Below, piece after piece: positions 8,186 through 17,122 of a stretch of 54,782 nt of DNA (position 1 is its first letter; each line of letters starts with the position of its first letter). The stretch comes from an archaeon (GTDB taxonomy: Archaea > Nanobdellota > Nanobdellia > Parvarchaeales > Parvarchaeaceae). The notes under the pieces were generated by a model. That model did no database searches. It had not been told where the DNA came from and saw nothing but the letters and a program-made list of their open reading frames with translations. The position numbers and the translations under genes are program-made. The stretch covers positions 1-54,782 of the forward strand of contig JBBIPE010000003.1 of the NCBI GenBank assembly GCA_037443005.1, written 5' to 3'.

Positions 8186-10051
8186 TTATTCCTCCTCTCC
8201 CGAAGACGTATCCGATTCTATCTTACTGGATATTACGTCTCCCTTGCTAAGGCTCTCTTCAACATTGGCTTTTACTTCCTCTTTTTTCTTTTCAAGCATA
8301 CTGTCTATCTTTGCCTTTATTTTCTTCTCTTCCATATCAGTAAGTCTTGAAAGAGAGTATGCTAGCTCTATACCATATTTATCGAAAAGGCTTATTCTTT
8401 CCTGAAACAGGCTGCTTTTGTGCTTCCTGTTTAGGAATACAGACATATTTCTTACAAGTTCCTGAAGCGCAAGCTTTATTTCCTTGATTATTACAGTGTA
8501 ACTGGCAACTGAGTTCTTGCTCTCATTTGTGTAAGGAACCCACACCGATGCAATATGTATAATAAAGACCATTGGCCCGGACGGAACCTTATTTTCTACT
8601 TTCAAACCGTATCTCGAATAGTCAACGCTGACAAAACTCTGTGTGAGGGCGCATGATGAGGAATCAAAAAGCAGGGGTATTTTATTTGCATATCTCATAA
8701 GCGTTGCTTTATCAGATTGTATATTCCCGCCGTAGGCAGCCGCGACCTCTATCTGAAATGGCATACCCCTATAAACTTCCGGCTTTCTTGTAACGGATTT
8801 CACAAATTCCGGAGAATACTCCTTTTTAAGACTCTTCTCAAGTTCCTCTCCACCTATGGGAGAAAGACAATCAGTCTGCGGCCTCATTAAATCAAGGGAC
8901 TGCAAAGCCTTTAGTATTGAATTCGCCTGTGCTCTGTCAATATCCTGAGGCTTCCCTTTCGGATCTATACCAACGCTTTTAAGGACCTGCTCCGCGACAG
9001 CGTGACTTACCCTTGAAAGCTCGTTCTCAAGCACGGAAGCTACTGTTCTTTCTGTAGAATTCTTGAGTATACGCATGAATATCCCCATCTCCAGTCCTTC
9101 TGGATGCGGCTTGATTGATACGGGCTCTTTAGGAAGCGAATCTATAACCCTTTTGTAGGTTATCTTCTCCCCATTTGGATTATAATAAAACAATGTGGCG
9201 TGCGGATTTACAAGTGCTGTTCTTCTCACATATTCATCCAGACCCTTGTTTCCGCTGATATAAATCCCTTCTATCTCCAGTTCTATGCTTGTTCCTGATT
9301 CATAAAAGAAATCCTCATCCGCTTCTTCCAGGATTTCAGGCTCATTCTTTAGTATATTTATCTGTACCTTCATCATCTTTGCCTTTTTTGCGCTTTTTAT
9401 CTTTGATACTATCTTTGCCGGCCTTCCTGTAGTAAGCTGAGAATACAGAACAGCAGAGTGTATTCCTATCCCCTGCTGTCCTCTGCTCTGACGCATTGAC
9501 TGAAACTTGCTTCCGTAAAGCATCCTACCAAATATATCCGGGATTTTCGAAGGCAATATCCCTGGCCCATTGTCCGTTATCTTTATAAGAAATATCGGGG
9601 CGTTCTTCTTCAGCCTCAACTGATTACCATTCATTATGACTGTCAATTTTCCGTTATTTTCCGATATATCGAAGCTTGCATCATCAAATGAAATAGAAAG
9701 CTTGCCTCCACGGATCTGCTTGGATTCACTCTTTCCCTTGTACATAACTGTAAACTCATTCTTCTTCACTATAAGCTGGCCAATACTCTGCTTTTCGTCT
9801 GATAACTGATAATTATCACTTAAGGCCTTGACTTCTATTGTTATCTCCGGCAAAGCTACTTTCTCTTTGTTCTTTTCCTGCATGTGGCCCATCTCCTCAC
9901 ATGCATCCAACGAATTGTCAACTGCCTCCTTTACACATGTCAGCAGCGCTTTCTGCTTGTTATCAAAACCAAGTAAATGCCTGTTCTTCTCAAAGAATTC
10001 AGTAACACTTATTGCTCTCTGCCCTTTTGCAAGTTCCTCAGCGATTTCCAT
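8186..10051 (-). CDS. top6B: DNA topoisomerase VI subunit B
   Basis: GHKL ATPase motifs are present: EAVDNSLDACEE, DNGPGI, GQQGIG. The stop lies 2 nt from the top6A start. Confidence 0.92.
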   Translation of the reverse strand: MEIAEELAKGQRAISVTEFFEKNRHLLGFDNKQKALLTCVKEAVDNSLDACEEMGHMQEKNKEKVALPEITIEVKALSDNYQLSDEKQSIGQLIVKKNEFTVMYKGKSESKQIRGGKLSISFDDASFDISENNGKLTVIMNGNQLRLKKNAPIFLIKITDNGPGILPSKIPDIFGRMLYGSKFQSMRQSRGQQGIGIHSAVLYSQLTTGRPAKIVSKIKSAKKAKMMKVQINILKNEPEILEEADEDFFYESGTSIELEIEGIYISGNKGLDEYVRRTALVNPHATLFYYNPNGEKITYKRVIDSLPKEPVSIKPHPEGLEMGIFMRILKNSTERTVASVLENELSRVSHAVAEQVLKSVGIDPKGKPQDIDRAQANSILKALQSLDLMRPQTDCLSPIGGEELEKSLKKEYSPEFVKSVTRKPEVYRGMPFQIEVAAAYGGNIQSDKATLMRYANKIPLLFDSSSCALTQSFVSVDYSRYGLKVENKVPSGPMVFIIHIASVWVPYTNESKNSVASYTVIIKEIKLALQELVRNMSVFLNRKHKSSLFQERISLFDKYGIELAYSLSRLTDMEEKKIKAKIDSMLEKKKEEVKANVEESLSKGDVISSKIESDTSSGEEE

Positions 10052-10553
10052 TGATATACACCTCTGCTTTTTTCCTGTTTATCATCAAAAACACATTATC
10101 ATGTTTTGCACCATTTAAAATCATTTCTACTGCCGATTTCGCGATGGATAGATTTTCTATCTGTCCAATAATACTTATAGTTTTCCCGTATATGTTTATA
10201 TAGCATTCTGTTTCCCTCATAAGCCTTTTCTTTATCATCCCTCGAGTTCCGATTACTCTGCCCTTAAGCTGAACTGCTCTTTTCTCGGAACCTGTATAAT
10301 CCCTCAAGCTTACAACAATTAAATCATAGTCGTCGTCAAGCAGCAATGCCGCTATGTCTGAATCAAAACCTCTGTTGAATGCGGTTATAACATTTTTGAC
10401 AGACATTAATTCCAGGGCGCTTTCACTGCTTATAATAGTATTATTGCCTTCAAATTCCAGGTTAACGCCATGCAGTTTTATCTTCTGCAGAAGCTTCTTC
10501 TGCCTTTCCAGCTCCCTTGCTTTTCTACCATTCATTAATATTTCATCTTCCAT
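10038..10553 (-). CDS. KH-domain RNA-binding protein (Dim2/Pno1-like)
   Basis: A KH GxxG-type segment GRVIGTRGMIKKRLMRETECYINIYGKTISIIG is present. I chose the start at the MEDEILMNG Met (10553), which removes the overlap with elp3; the ORF track extends to 10598. Confidence 0.65.
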   Translation of the reverse strand: MEDEILMNGRKARELERQKKLLQKIKLHGVNLEFEGNNTIISSESALELMSVKNVITAFNRGFDSDIAALLLDDDYDLIVVSLRDYTGSEKRAVQLKGRVIGTRGMIKKRLMRETECYINIYGKTISIIGQIENLSIAKSAVEMILNGAKHDNVFLMINRKKAEVYINGNR

Positions 10554-10554
10554 T

Positions 10555-12156
10555 TTATAGCTCCTTTGACATATACCATTTATTCCTGCTGTAACCAAGA
10601 TTTCTATAGTATTCCCTCACGCCTATACCAGATATTACATTTATCCTTTTAATTGAATACTCTTGCTTTGAAATCCTTTCTGCTTCCATAAGTAAAGCCT
10701 TTCCAAAACCTTTATGCTGAAATGCGTTTTCACTGTTTTCGTTTATATTGAGCTCATTCCCATAGACATGAAGCTCCCTTACAAATGACTCTTTTGAATT
10801 ATCTGCTACTCTAAGCCTTAAAAATGCAATTATAGCGTTGTTATTTACGTCCTCAAAACTTAAAAAGATTTCATCACCACCTGATGCCCTGTAATTTTCC
10901 CTTTTAAGTTCAGTTTTTACAGGTTTTTCGATTTTGACATGGCCTATTTCTCTGCTCCTTATATCATTAGCTTTCTTTCCAAGTGATTTGAGCCTTTCAT
11001 CTACAAGCTGTCTTAGATTCGTCGTTTTTATCCCGTTCTCTATAAAAGTAGAAGGTATGTCTCTCTCTATCCTCATTATTCTCATCCACTTTGGAGAATT
11101 TATTTCGGCTTCCGCTATAAGCTCTACAACATTCTCTACTGGATAAGCTGTGTACTTTCCACGTTTCCACATTTCATATAGCCCTGTTCCTCTTATCACA
11201 AGCGTAGGGTATATCTTTATGGCATCTGGCTTGAAATCCTCGTTTGTGTAGATATGCTTTATCGTTTCCCTGTCCTTGTCAATATCCGAAAATGGAAGGT
11301 TAAGCATTATATGATAGTCTACCTTATAGCTATAGTTTCTTAATCTCTTTGTTGAATCTGCAACATCATTTATAGTATGACCTCTGTTCGTTTTAGTCAA
11401 TACCTCATCATAAACGCTCTGCACACCCATTTCCACTCTAGTTATACCTAAATTCAGCATTCTCTCTATATCTTCATCACTGCATCTTTCAGGCTTGGTT
11501 TCTGCAGCAAATGCAACGCACCTTATTCTTGCGGTTTCATTGAATTTCTGCTGCTCCTCCAAATTCCCTTCAACCTTTTCGCCATAGAATTCATTCATTG
11601 CCCTATAAATGTCCGTGACATAATTATGAACATAGTCCTTTGGTAGCGTTGTAAAAGTTCCTCCTATAACTATTATTTCTATCTTCTGAGGCGCGTATCC
11701 CATAAAAAAGTAATGCATTAATCTTGCTCTTACCTGACTGTAAGGATCATAATTATTCATTATAGCTCTTCTGGCAGCAGGCTCAAAACCTGTATAGCTC
11801 TGTGGAGTGTTAAACTTTGTTCCTCCCGGACAGAAGATGCATGTCCCATGCGGGCAGTCATAAGGTTTTGTCATTAATGCGACGACATTTACTCCTGAAA
11901 GCACCCTTACAGGCTTTGATATCAGTAACTTGGAATATTTTTTCCTTTCAGTTTCCGTAAGGTAACTTAATATCTCACCGTTCTTTGGTATATCTCTCAT
12001 ACCTATACTGCTACATACTTCTCTTTTTATGTGCTGTATCTCCTTTTTATTTATGTCATTAACTCCTTCAAGTCTTCCAACAAAAAGAGGTATAAACTCC
12101 ACCATCTTGCTTTGATTTTTAAAATAGTCCATATTATAAACTATAAAAGCAAGCAT
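10555..12156 (-). CDS. elp3: Elp3-type radical SAM / GNAT tRNA uridine(34) acetyltransferase
   Basis: A radical-SAM Cys cluster (CPHGTCIFCPGG) is followed by a C-terminal GNAT motif (QHKGFGKALL). Confidence 0.9.
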   Translation of the reverse strand: MLAFIVYNMDYFKNQSKMVEFIPLFVGRLEGVNDINKKEIQHIKREVCSSIGMRDIPKNGEILSYLTETERKKYSKLLISKPVRVLSGVNVVALMTKPYDCPHGTCIFCPGGTKFNTPQSYTGFEPAARRAIMNNYDPYSQVRARLMHYFFMGYAPQKIEIIVIGGTFTTLPKDYVHNYVTDIYRAMNEFYGEKVEGNLEEQQKFNETARIRCVAFAAETKPERCSDEDIERMLNLGITRVEMGVQSVYDEVLTKTNRGHTINDVADSTKRLRNYSYKVDYHIMLNLPFSDIDKDRETIKHIYTNEDFKPDAIKIYPTLVIRGTGLYEMWKRGKYTAYPVENVVELIAEAEINSPKWMRIMRIERDIPSTFIENGIKTTNLRQLVDERLKSLGKKANDIRSREIGHVKIEKPVKTELKRENYRASGGDEIFLSFEDVNNNAIIAFLRLRVADNSKESFVRELHVYGNELNINENSENAFQHKGFGKALLMEAERISKQEYSIKRINVISGIGVREYYRNLGYSRNKWYMSKEL

Positions 12157-12173
12157 ATAAAATAAATTACTAT

Positions 12174-13406
12174 ATGAAAGGCCAGATGGTGACTATATTT
12201 TTTTCGTTCTTCCTTATACTTGCAATTATAAGCATAATAGGGATAGAATCCGCAAATCTACAGACAAACCAGAATGTGAATTCGCTTATACAAAACTATA
12301 ATACACCTAAACTTGAGTATTATAATTTTCTTAATGCATTATCAGAGGTAGATTCTATACAGGTCTCAAACGGCACTTTAAACATAATTAATTCGACTTT
12401 TAATAGCTTATACCAGCAGGACTTTAATAACATCAATATCTCAGAGATCGCTCTAAACACTTCAAACACAATAATTATGATGCCGAAAAAGCCGGCTGAT
12501 ATAATTAGTTATATGCCTGTAATAATCTCAAATTCGCAAGATACAGCAACTGCATCTCCATTTCAACAAATGATAAATGCGCCAGATACAGTGTATGGAA
12601 ATTATAGTAATTCTGCTCTTGACAATGTGGAGTTCTTTTATTATAATGGAACAATAATACCCTCCTGGTTAGAGAGTTATACCGCAAACAATGCAGTCTG
12701 GTGGCTGAAGATAAGCAGTATACCTGCCTCATCATCAATAACAGTATATATGGGCTTCGCACCAAAAACTACAAATCTGTTCAACACAGTAAATGTAGGT
12801 GAAGCTCCAGAACTATCAAATCTATACGGAGAATACGATGACGGTGCTAACGTTTTCAATTTCTATAGTAATTTTGCAGGGACTTCTTTGAATACAAGCA
12901 AGTGGGATTTAATAAGCGGAAATATAAAGGTTGATAACGGACTTTTTGTCACGAATTCCACACATCTTATAAGCAATTCATTTTATTATCCCGGCATATT
13001 AGAGGAGAACAATACTGTAAGTTCAAACATTGCAGGTGATGGGCTAACTTATTCAATTAATTCATCGTATTCCATACAGGAGAACAACCAGCCTTATTGG
13101 GGACATGGAAATGTTTATGAGGTTGATGATAACACAGAGAAAAACCTAAATACAAACCTTAATTATTATGATAGCGGTATTTTTGGCTTGGAATGGTATG
13201 ATAATAGCATAATAGGCTATCATGATTATAGTGATATGGGTTCAACAACATCAACATTCCCCATAACTAACTCGCAGATTGAAATTTATTATTATACAAA
13301 GTCTAATGACGGAACTGGAACGGCTTACTTGAATTGGGTTCGTCTAAGAGCAGTTCCTCCTAACAATGTAATGCCAGATATTTACTTCACTCAGAATTTA
13401 CCATAG
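12174..13406 (+). CDS. secreted DUF2341-like / lectin-fold protein
   Basis: An N-terminal TM segment is followed by VEFFYYNGTIIPSWLESYTANNAVWWLKISSIPA...ITVYMGFA, which matches the DUF2341 pattern. Confidence 0.5.
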   Translation: MKGQMVTIFFSFFLILAIISIIGIESANLQTNQNVNSLIQNYNTPKLEYYNFLNALSEVDSIQVSNGTLNIINSTFNSLYQQDFNNINISEIALNTSNTIIMMPKKPADIISYMPVIISNSQDTATASPFQQMINAPDTVYGNYSNSALDNVEFFYYNGTIIPSWLESYTANNAVWWLKISSIPASSSITVYMGFAPKTTNLFNTVNVGEAPELSNLYGEYDDGANVFNFYSNFAGTSLNTSKWDLISGNIKVDNGLFVTNSTHLISNSFYYPGILEENNTVSSNIAGDGLTYSINSSYSIQENNQPYWGHGNVYEVDDNTEKNLNTNLNYYDSGIFGLEWYDNSIIGYHDYSDMGSTTSTFPITNSQIEIYYYTKSNDGTGTAYLNWVRLRAVPPNNVMPDIYFTQNLP

Positions 13407-13456
13407 TCTAATATAATAAAATAAGAATAACATAGCTGAAGTACTAAATGAAAAAA

Positions 13457-14635
13457 CTAGCTACCTAAAATAAATTCTGCAGTCCTTACTTTATCAAAAG
13501 GAATGAGATCCTTATATTCCTGCCCTGTTCCCAAGAAAAGTATGGGCTTCTTAGTCACATAGGATATTGAAAGCACTGCTCCGCCCTTTTTGTCAACATC
13601 GGCTTTTGAAAGGATATTGAAGTCTATCCCTATTTCTTTGTCAAAGATTTCCGCCTGCTTGACAACGTCATTTCCTGTCAAAGCATCGCCTATGAATATT
13701 GTCATATCTGGTTTGCTTACCCTCTTCACTTTTTTCAATTCCTCAATAAGATTCTTGTTTATATCACTTCTCCCCGCTGTGTCTATCAACACAACATCAT
13801 CCTTATCGGAAACTGCATGTTTTACCGCATCAAATGCGACAGCGGCGGGATCAGCGCCATATGTATGCTTTACAACTTCAACGCGAAGCCGTTTAGCATG
13901 TACTTCAATCTGCTCAATTGACGCAGCACGAAAAGTATCCGCAGCAGCTATCACTGGTTTAATTTTCTTTTCAATAAAAAAGTTGCATAACTTGGCTATC
14001 GTTGTTGTCTTGCCTGCCCCATTTACCCCTATAATGAGTATAACAAAGGGTTTTTTGCTTTTTACCTTCGAGATAAACTCCTCGATATCATAGTCTATAA
14101 GTATATCTTTTATGCTGTTCCTTACGGCTTCCTCTACTTGTTTTCTGCTATTGAGCATAGAAACGCTTTTTCCGATTAATTCTATTTTTAGGTCTTCATG
14201 TATTTTATCAAGAACCGAAATAGCCGCATTGTTCTCAAGCAATGCCGATTTTATGCCTAAATAGATTGAATCGACGTCCTTTTCATCTATAATATGGGAA
14301 AAAATAGGCTTCTTCCCGCCTTCTTTTGATTTGTACTTTATTGTATGCTCTTTTTTAGTCTGGTTTTTGTTTTCATTTATAGTAATTTCATTTTTCTCCT
14401 CTTTCTTTTCCTCATTACTAAGCTCCTTGATCTCCTTATCTACTTCCTTTATCTCTTCTTTTAACTCTCTTTTATCTTCTATTATTATATCCTTTTTTAT
14501 CTCTTTTTTATCCTGGTCTAGAATTTCCTCCTCTTTTTTAATGTCTTCTTTTATCTCACTTTTTTCTTCCTTCAAAAACCTATTCTGTATAGAGTTTAGA
14601 GAATCCTTTATTTTCTTTTTTATAGAATCAAACAT
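13457..14635 (-). CDS. ftsY: signal recognition particle receptor FtsY
   Basis: A K/E-rich N-terminal domain precedes an SRP-GTPase NG domain (GVNGAGKTTT, DTAGR, SKADVD). Confidence 0.92.
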   Translation of the reverse strand: MFDSIKKKIKDSLNSIQNRFLKEEKSEIKEDIKKEEEILDQDKKEIKKDIIIEDKRELKEEIKEVDKEIKELSNEEKKEEKNEITINENKNQTKKEHTIKYKSKEGGKKPIFSHIIDEKDVDSIYLGIKSALLENNAAISVLDKIHEDLKIELIGKSVSMLNSRKQVEEAVRNSIKDILIDYDIEEFISKVKSKKPFVILIIGVNGAGKTTTIAKLCNFFIEKKIKPVIAAADTFRAASIEQIEVHAKRLRVEVVKHTYGADPAAVAFDAVKHAVSDKDDVVLIDTAGRSDINKNLIEELKKVKRVSKPDMTIFIGDALTGNDVVKQAEIFDKEIGIDFNILSKADVDKKGGAVLSISYVTKKPILFLGTGQEYKDLIPFDKVRTAEFILGS

Positions 14636-14636
14636 A

Positions 14637-15059
14637 TTATTTCAGTGAGTTCTGATAACTTTCATAAAGCTGGTTTGTTTCTTCTTCAAGTCTTGCTCCC
14701 TTCTCCTGCAAGGTCTGTATAGTCTGCGCTATGCTGTTTATGTTGCTTGTTATATCTTTGAAATCATTTTCCAGTTTTTCCTTAAGCTCTTTTATGGAAA
14801 ATGATTTGAATATGCCACTGCCTATTCCGACTATCGCGCTGCCTGCATCGTTGATTTTTCCCTTTATGAATATATCCTGCGCATATGGTATCAATACATC
14901 ACTGTTTGATTCCAAACCTGATATGCCATCCAAGGCTCTTGCTATATTATCCTGTGTTACTTGAAGATTATTCAAAACAGAGATATAGTTTTCAAGCTCT
15001 CTTCTAATATACTCTATCTCCATTAGCTGATTGCTCAGTTTTTCCTCGTCTATTTCCAT
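14637..15059 (-). CDS. pfdA: prefoldin alpha subunit
   Basis: A coil / beta-hairpin / coil layout of ~140 aa, in the conserved position upstream of ftsY. Confidence 0.75.
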   Translation of the reverse strand: MEIDEEKLSNQLMEIEYIRRELENYISVLNNLQVTQDNIARALDGISGLESNSDVLIPYAQDIFIKGKINDAGSAIVGIGSGIFKSFSIKELKEKLENDFKDITSNINSIAQTIQTLQEKGARLEEETNQLYESYQNSLK

Positions 15060-15323
15060 CTATTGCCCCTGTTTTATTAGATTGACTGTTACTACTTTCT
15101 TATCATCTTTTGAGCACATCACTCTTATCTTTGTTTTTGGGTCTTTCATCCCTCTGGAAAATACCTCGTCGTTAACATCCTGCATTATCTTGACTTCTTC
15201 TGCTTTCATGTGCCTTTTCACAAACGCCTTAAGATATTTTACACCGGCTGCGGCTCTCTTATAAGGCGGAACCTTTTCCATCCCCCTGCGCATATTCACC
15301 GTAATTATTTTCTGTTCTGCCAT
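15060..15323 (-). CDS. rpl31e: ribosomal protein L31e
   Basis: MAEQKIITVNMRRG...VPPYKRAAAGVKYLKAFV. The start is set at the MAEQK Met because the upstream 15 nt belong to rpl39e. Confidence 0.85.
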   Translation of the reverse strand: MAEQKIITVNMRRGMEKVPPYKRAAAGVKYLKAFVKRHMKAEEVKIMQDVNDEVFSRGMKDPKTKIRVMCSKDDKKVVTVNLIKQGQ

Positions 15324-15324
15324 T

Positions 15325-15471
15325 TTACCTTCCAACATTCTTGTTCATTCTTGACCTGTCGATCTTTCTCGTACCGTATTTTCTTATCTGCGCAAAAACC
15401 GGCGGACGACTTGTCTTTCTTGCATGTCTTATCAATGCCCTCTTCGTATCAGCTGATTTATTCCTTGCCAT
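15325..15471 (-). CDS. rpl39e: ribosomal protein L39e (48 aa, not in the ORF track)
   Basis: My translation of the minus strand is MARNKSADTKRALIRHARKTSRPPVFAQIRKYGTRKIDRSRMNKNVGR*. The gene sits 1 nt upstream of rpl31e. Confidence 0.85.
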   Translation of the reverse strand: MARNKSADTKRALIRHARKTSRPPVFAQIRKYGTRKIDRSRMNKNVGR

Positions 15472-15473
15472 AT

Positions 15474-15758
15474 TCACTTGTTTTCAAACTTTATCTTCTG
15501 CTCCCTTTTAGGTTGTGAAAGCGCCTGTAAAAGCTCTTTAAGCTTTTGATCATCAATAACCGCCTTTATTCTGCCGGTTAACGCAGATTGTACAAGCATA
15601 CTCTCCACTTCTTCTGCTAATTCAGGATGGCCGTATCTTATATTACCGAGCCTTTCACGTGCATCTTTTGTAAGGAACTTTGCAAGAACTTCCTGCTTTA
15701 ACTGCTCCTCTCGTTTCCTCTGCTCTATTTCATCAATGCTGTTTTTACCGTATTCCAT
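15474..15758 (-). CDS. PDCD5/TFAR19-family DNA-binding protein
   Basis: ILAKFLTKDARERLGNIRYGHPELAEEVESMLVQ matches the family, in the conserved position between rps19e and rpl39e. Confidence 0.75.
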   Translation of the reverse strand: MEYGKNSIDEIEQRKREEQLKQEVLAKFLTKDARERLGNIRYGHPELAEEVESMLVQSALTGRIKAVIDDQKLKELLQALSQPKREQKIKFENK

Positions 15759-15759
15759 T

Positions 15760-16185
15760 TTATTTTATTTCCTTTGCAACTTTATCAGTAAGCGATATTC
15801 CTCCAGGTGTCAACACTCTTCCAAAATGATTCTGCACCCGTACCTTTTTTATCAATCCTGCCTGCTCTAACTGCTGAAGTATATGCCTTATTATCGCACC
15901 TCCTGCAGGTCTGAAGTGCTGTCCGCTGTATCTGTTCTTTTCCTTGTCCCCATATATGACTTTCAAACGGTTTACTCCTATGGGTTCTTTATTTATGTAC
16001 ATCCTTCTCATTATGCTTGCTGCCCTTAAATACCACCAATTATTTTGTAGTGGAACCCTGTCCTTTGAAGCGCCAGTTTTAACAAATTTAGACCATTCCA
16101 AGGGTGTTATAAGCTTGTCTTTCTCAAGTTTATCAGCAAGCTTGTTCACGAGTTCAATCTGATTTACATCATATCCTCTTATCAT
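15760..16185 (-). CDS. rps19e: ribosomal protein S19e
   Basis: PLEWSKFVKTGASKDRVPLQNNWWYLRAASIMRRMY. Confidence 0.88.
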   Translation of the reverse strand: MIRGYDVNQIELVNKLADKLEKDKLITPLEWSKFVKTGASKDRVPLQNNWWYLRAASIMRRMYINKEPIGVNRLKVIYGDKEKNRYSGQHFRPAGGAIIRHILQQLEQAGLIKKVRVQNHFGRVLTPGGISLTDKVAKEIK

Positions 16186-16489
16186 ATTTTACCTTCTTAG
16201 CATTTCCACAATTTAAACATTTATAGGTTAAAAAGCCTTTGCTTAACCTTACCTGGCAGTTATTACCTGGCACAAGTAATTTATTACATTTTTTGCATAT
16301 TAAAAACTTTTCTGCCTTGTTTAATTTTACTTTCTTCGATTTTACCAGCCGATATGCAATGTAAGAATATCTGTCTGATCGCTTGCTATCATTCCTGGCC
16401 AGCCCTATCAATATATTAAAATCCCTTTTAAAAGAGCCGGCCTTTTTTGCTGAAATCATATTTATATATACAAAAGATAAAAGTGACAT
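16169..16489 (-). CDS. rnp4: RNase P protein component 4 (Rpp21/Rpr2)
   Basis: A zinc ribbon CKKCNKLLVPGNNCQVRL...YKCLNCG follows a basic helical N-terminus. Met11 (16459) is an alternative start, and the first 10 codons overlap the IS relic. Confidence 0.75.
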   Translation of the reverse strand: MSLLSFVYINMISAKKAGSFKRDFNILIGLARNDSKRSDRYSYIAYRLVKSKKVKLNKAEKFLICKKCNKLLVPGNNCQVRLSKGFLTYKCLNCGNAKKVKYDKRI

Positions 16490-16830
16490 CCTCCCAACCG
16501 CTAAAGCGTGTGGGCTTCCCTGCTATTGCAGGACATGTTCTCAGTTCTTTGATTCCTGCCTCCTTTTGAGGGCTTACTGAATCTCCCTGAGCGTTACTTC
16601 TACTTTGTCCAAAAGTAGCTCTTTTGAGTATGTTTATTGCTGCATTTACATCTCTATCCATCTGCAATCCGCATCTAGTATAGTAGTATACTCTTTCAGA
16701 TAGCGGATAGATTATAAATTTGTATGCTCTCATTATCTCCATTATTTCTGTTTTATCATTTCATTGTTATATACTTTTTCTAGGTTCGCTTTCATCCCAC
16801 GATTCAATAGTGGGTTTTTCCGCTCATATT
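16480..16830 (-). mobile_element. internally deleted IS200/IS605-family (tnpB-only) relic, MITE-like
   Basis: ORF 16428-16742 fuses a TnpB N-terminus (MRAYKFIIYP) directly to a TnpB C-terminus (CGLQMDRDVNAAINILKRA). Hairpins lie at both ends, CCCAAC..GTGGG at 16493-16514 and CCCAC-N9-GTGGG at 16796-16814. Confidence 0.65.
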
Positions 16831-16961
16831 GTTAAAAGTTATTTCACTCTCTTTAAAAGTTAAAAATATTACAAGTTTATCCAAAATAGAAAGATTTATA
16901 AATAAAATATATCTCTTAAAATAAAGCGCTGGGAAACCACGCAAAAAAATTGGGAGGTAGT

Positions 16962-17090
16962 ATGACCAAAAACAAAAAAGTTGAAGACGACGACGAAATC
17001 ATCGATGAGAATGATGTAGATGGAATAGATGACGAAGATATAGAAGATGATGATTTCGATGACGATTCGGAAGAAAGCGACTTCGAGTAA
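16962..17090 (+). CDS. 42-aa extremely acidic peptide (not in the ORF track)
   Basis: GGGAGGT lies 5 nt upstream of the ATG. The product is MTKNKKVEDDDEIIDENDVDGIDDEDIEDDDFDDDSEESDFE*. Confidence 0.4.
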   Translation: MTKNKKVEDDDEIIDENDVDGIDDEDIEDDDFDDDSEESDFE

Positions 17091-17122
17091 TAACACGAAG
17101 TAAAAACAAATAATTATAATTT

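Noticed and set aside
13590-14648. 167-aa and 105-aa ORFs antisense to ftsY
   Set aside because: These are shadow frames of the K/E-rich and GTPase regions of ftsY, which read as S/F/I-rich strings. There is no independent support.
16896-17096. 66-aa minus-strand ORF from the ORF track
   Set aside because: It is an I/F/V-rich mirror image of the acidic GAT/GAA-rich plus-strand ORF, which has a GGGAGGT ribosome-binding site and is the more plausible gene.
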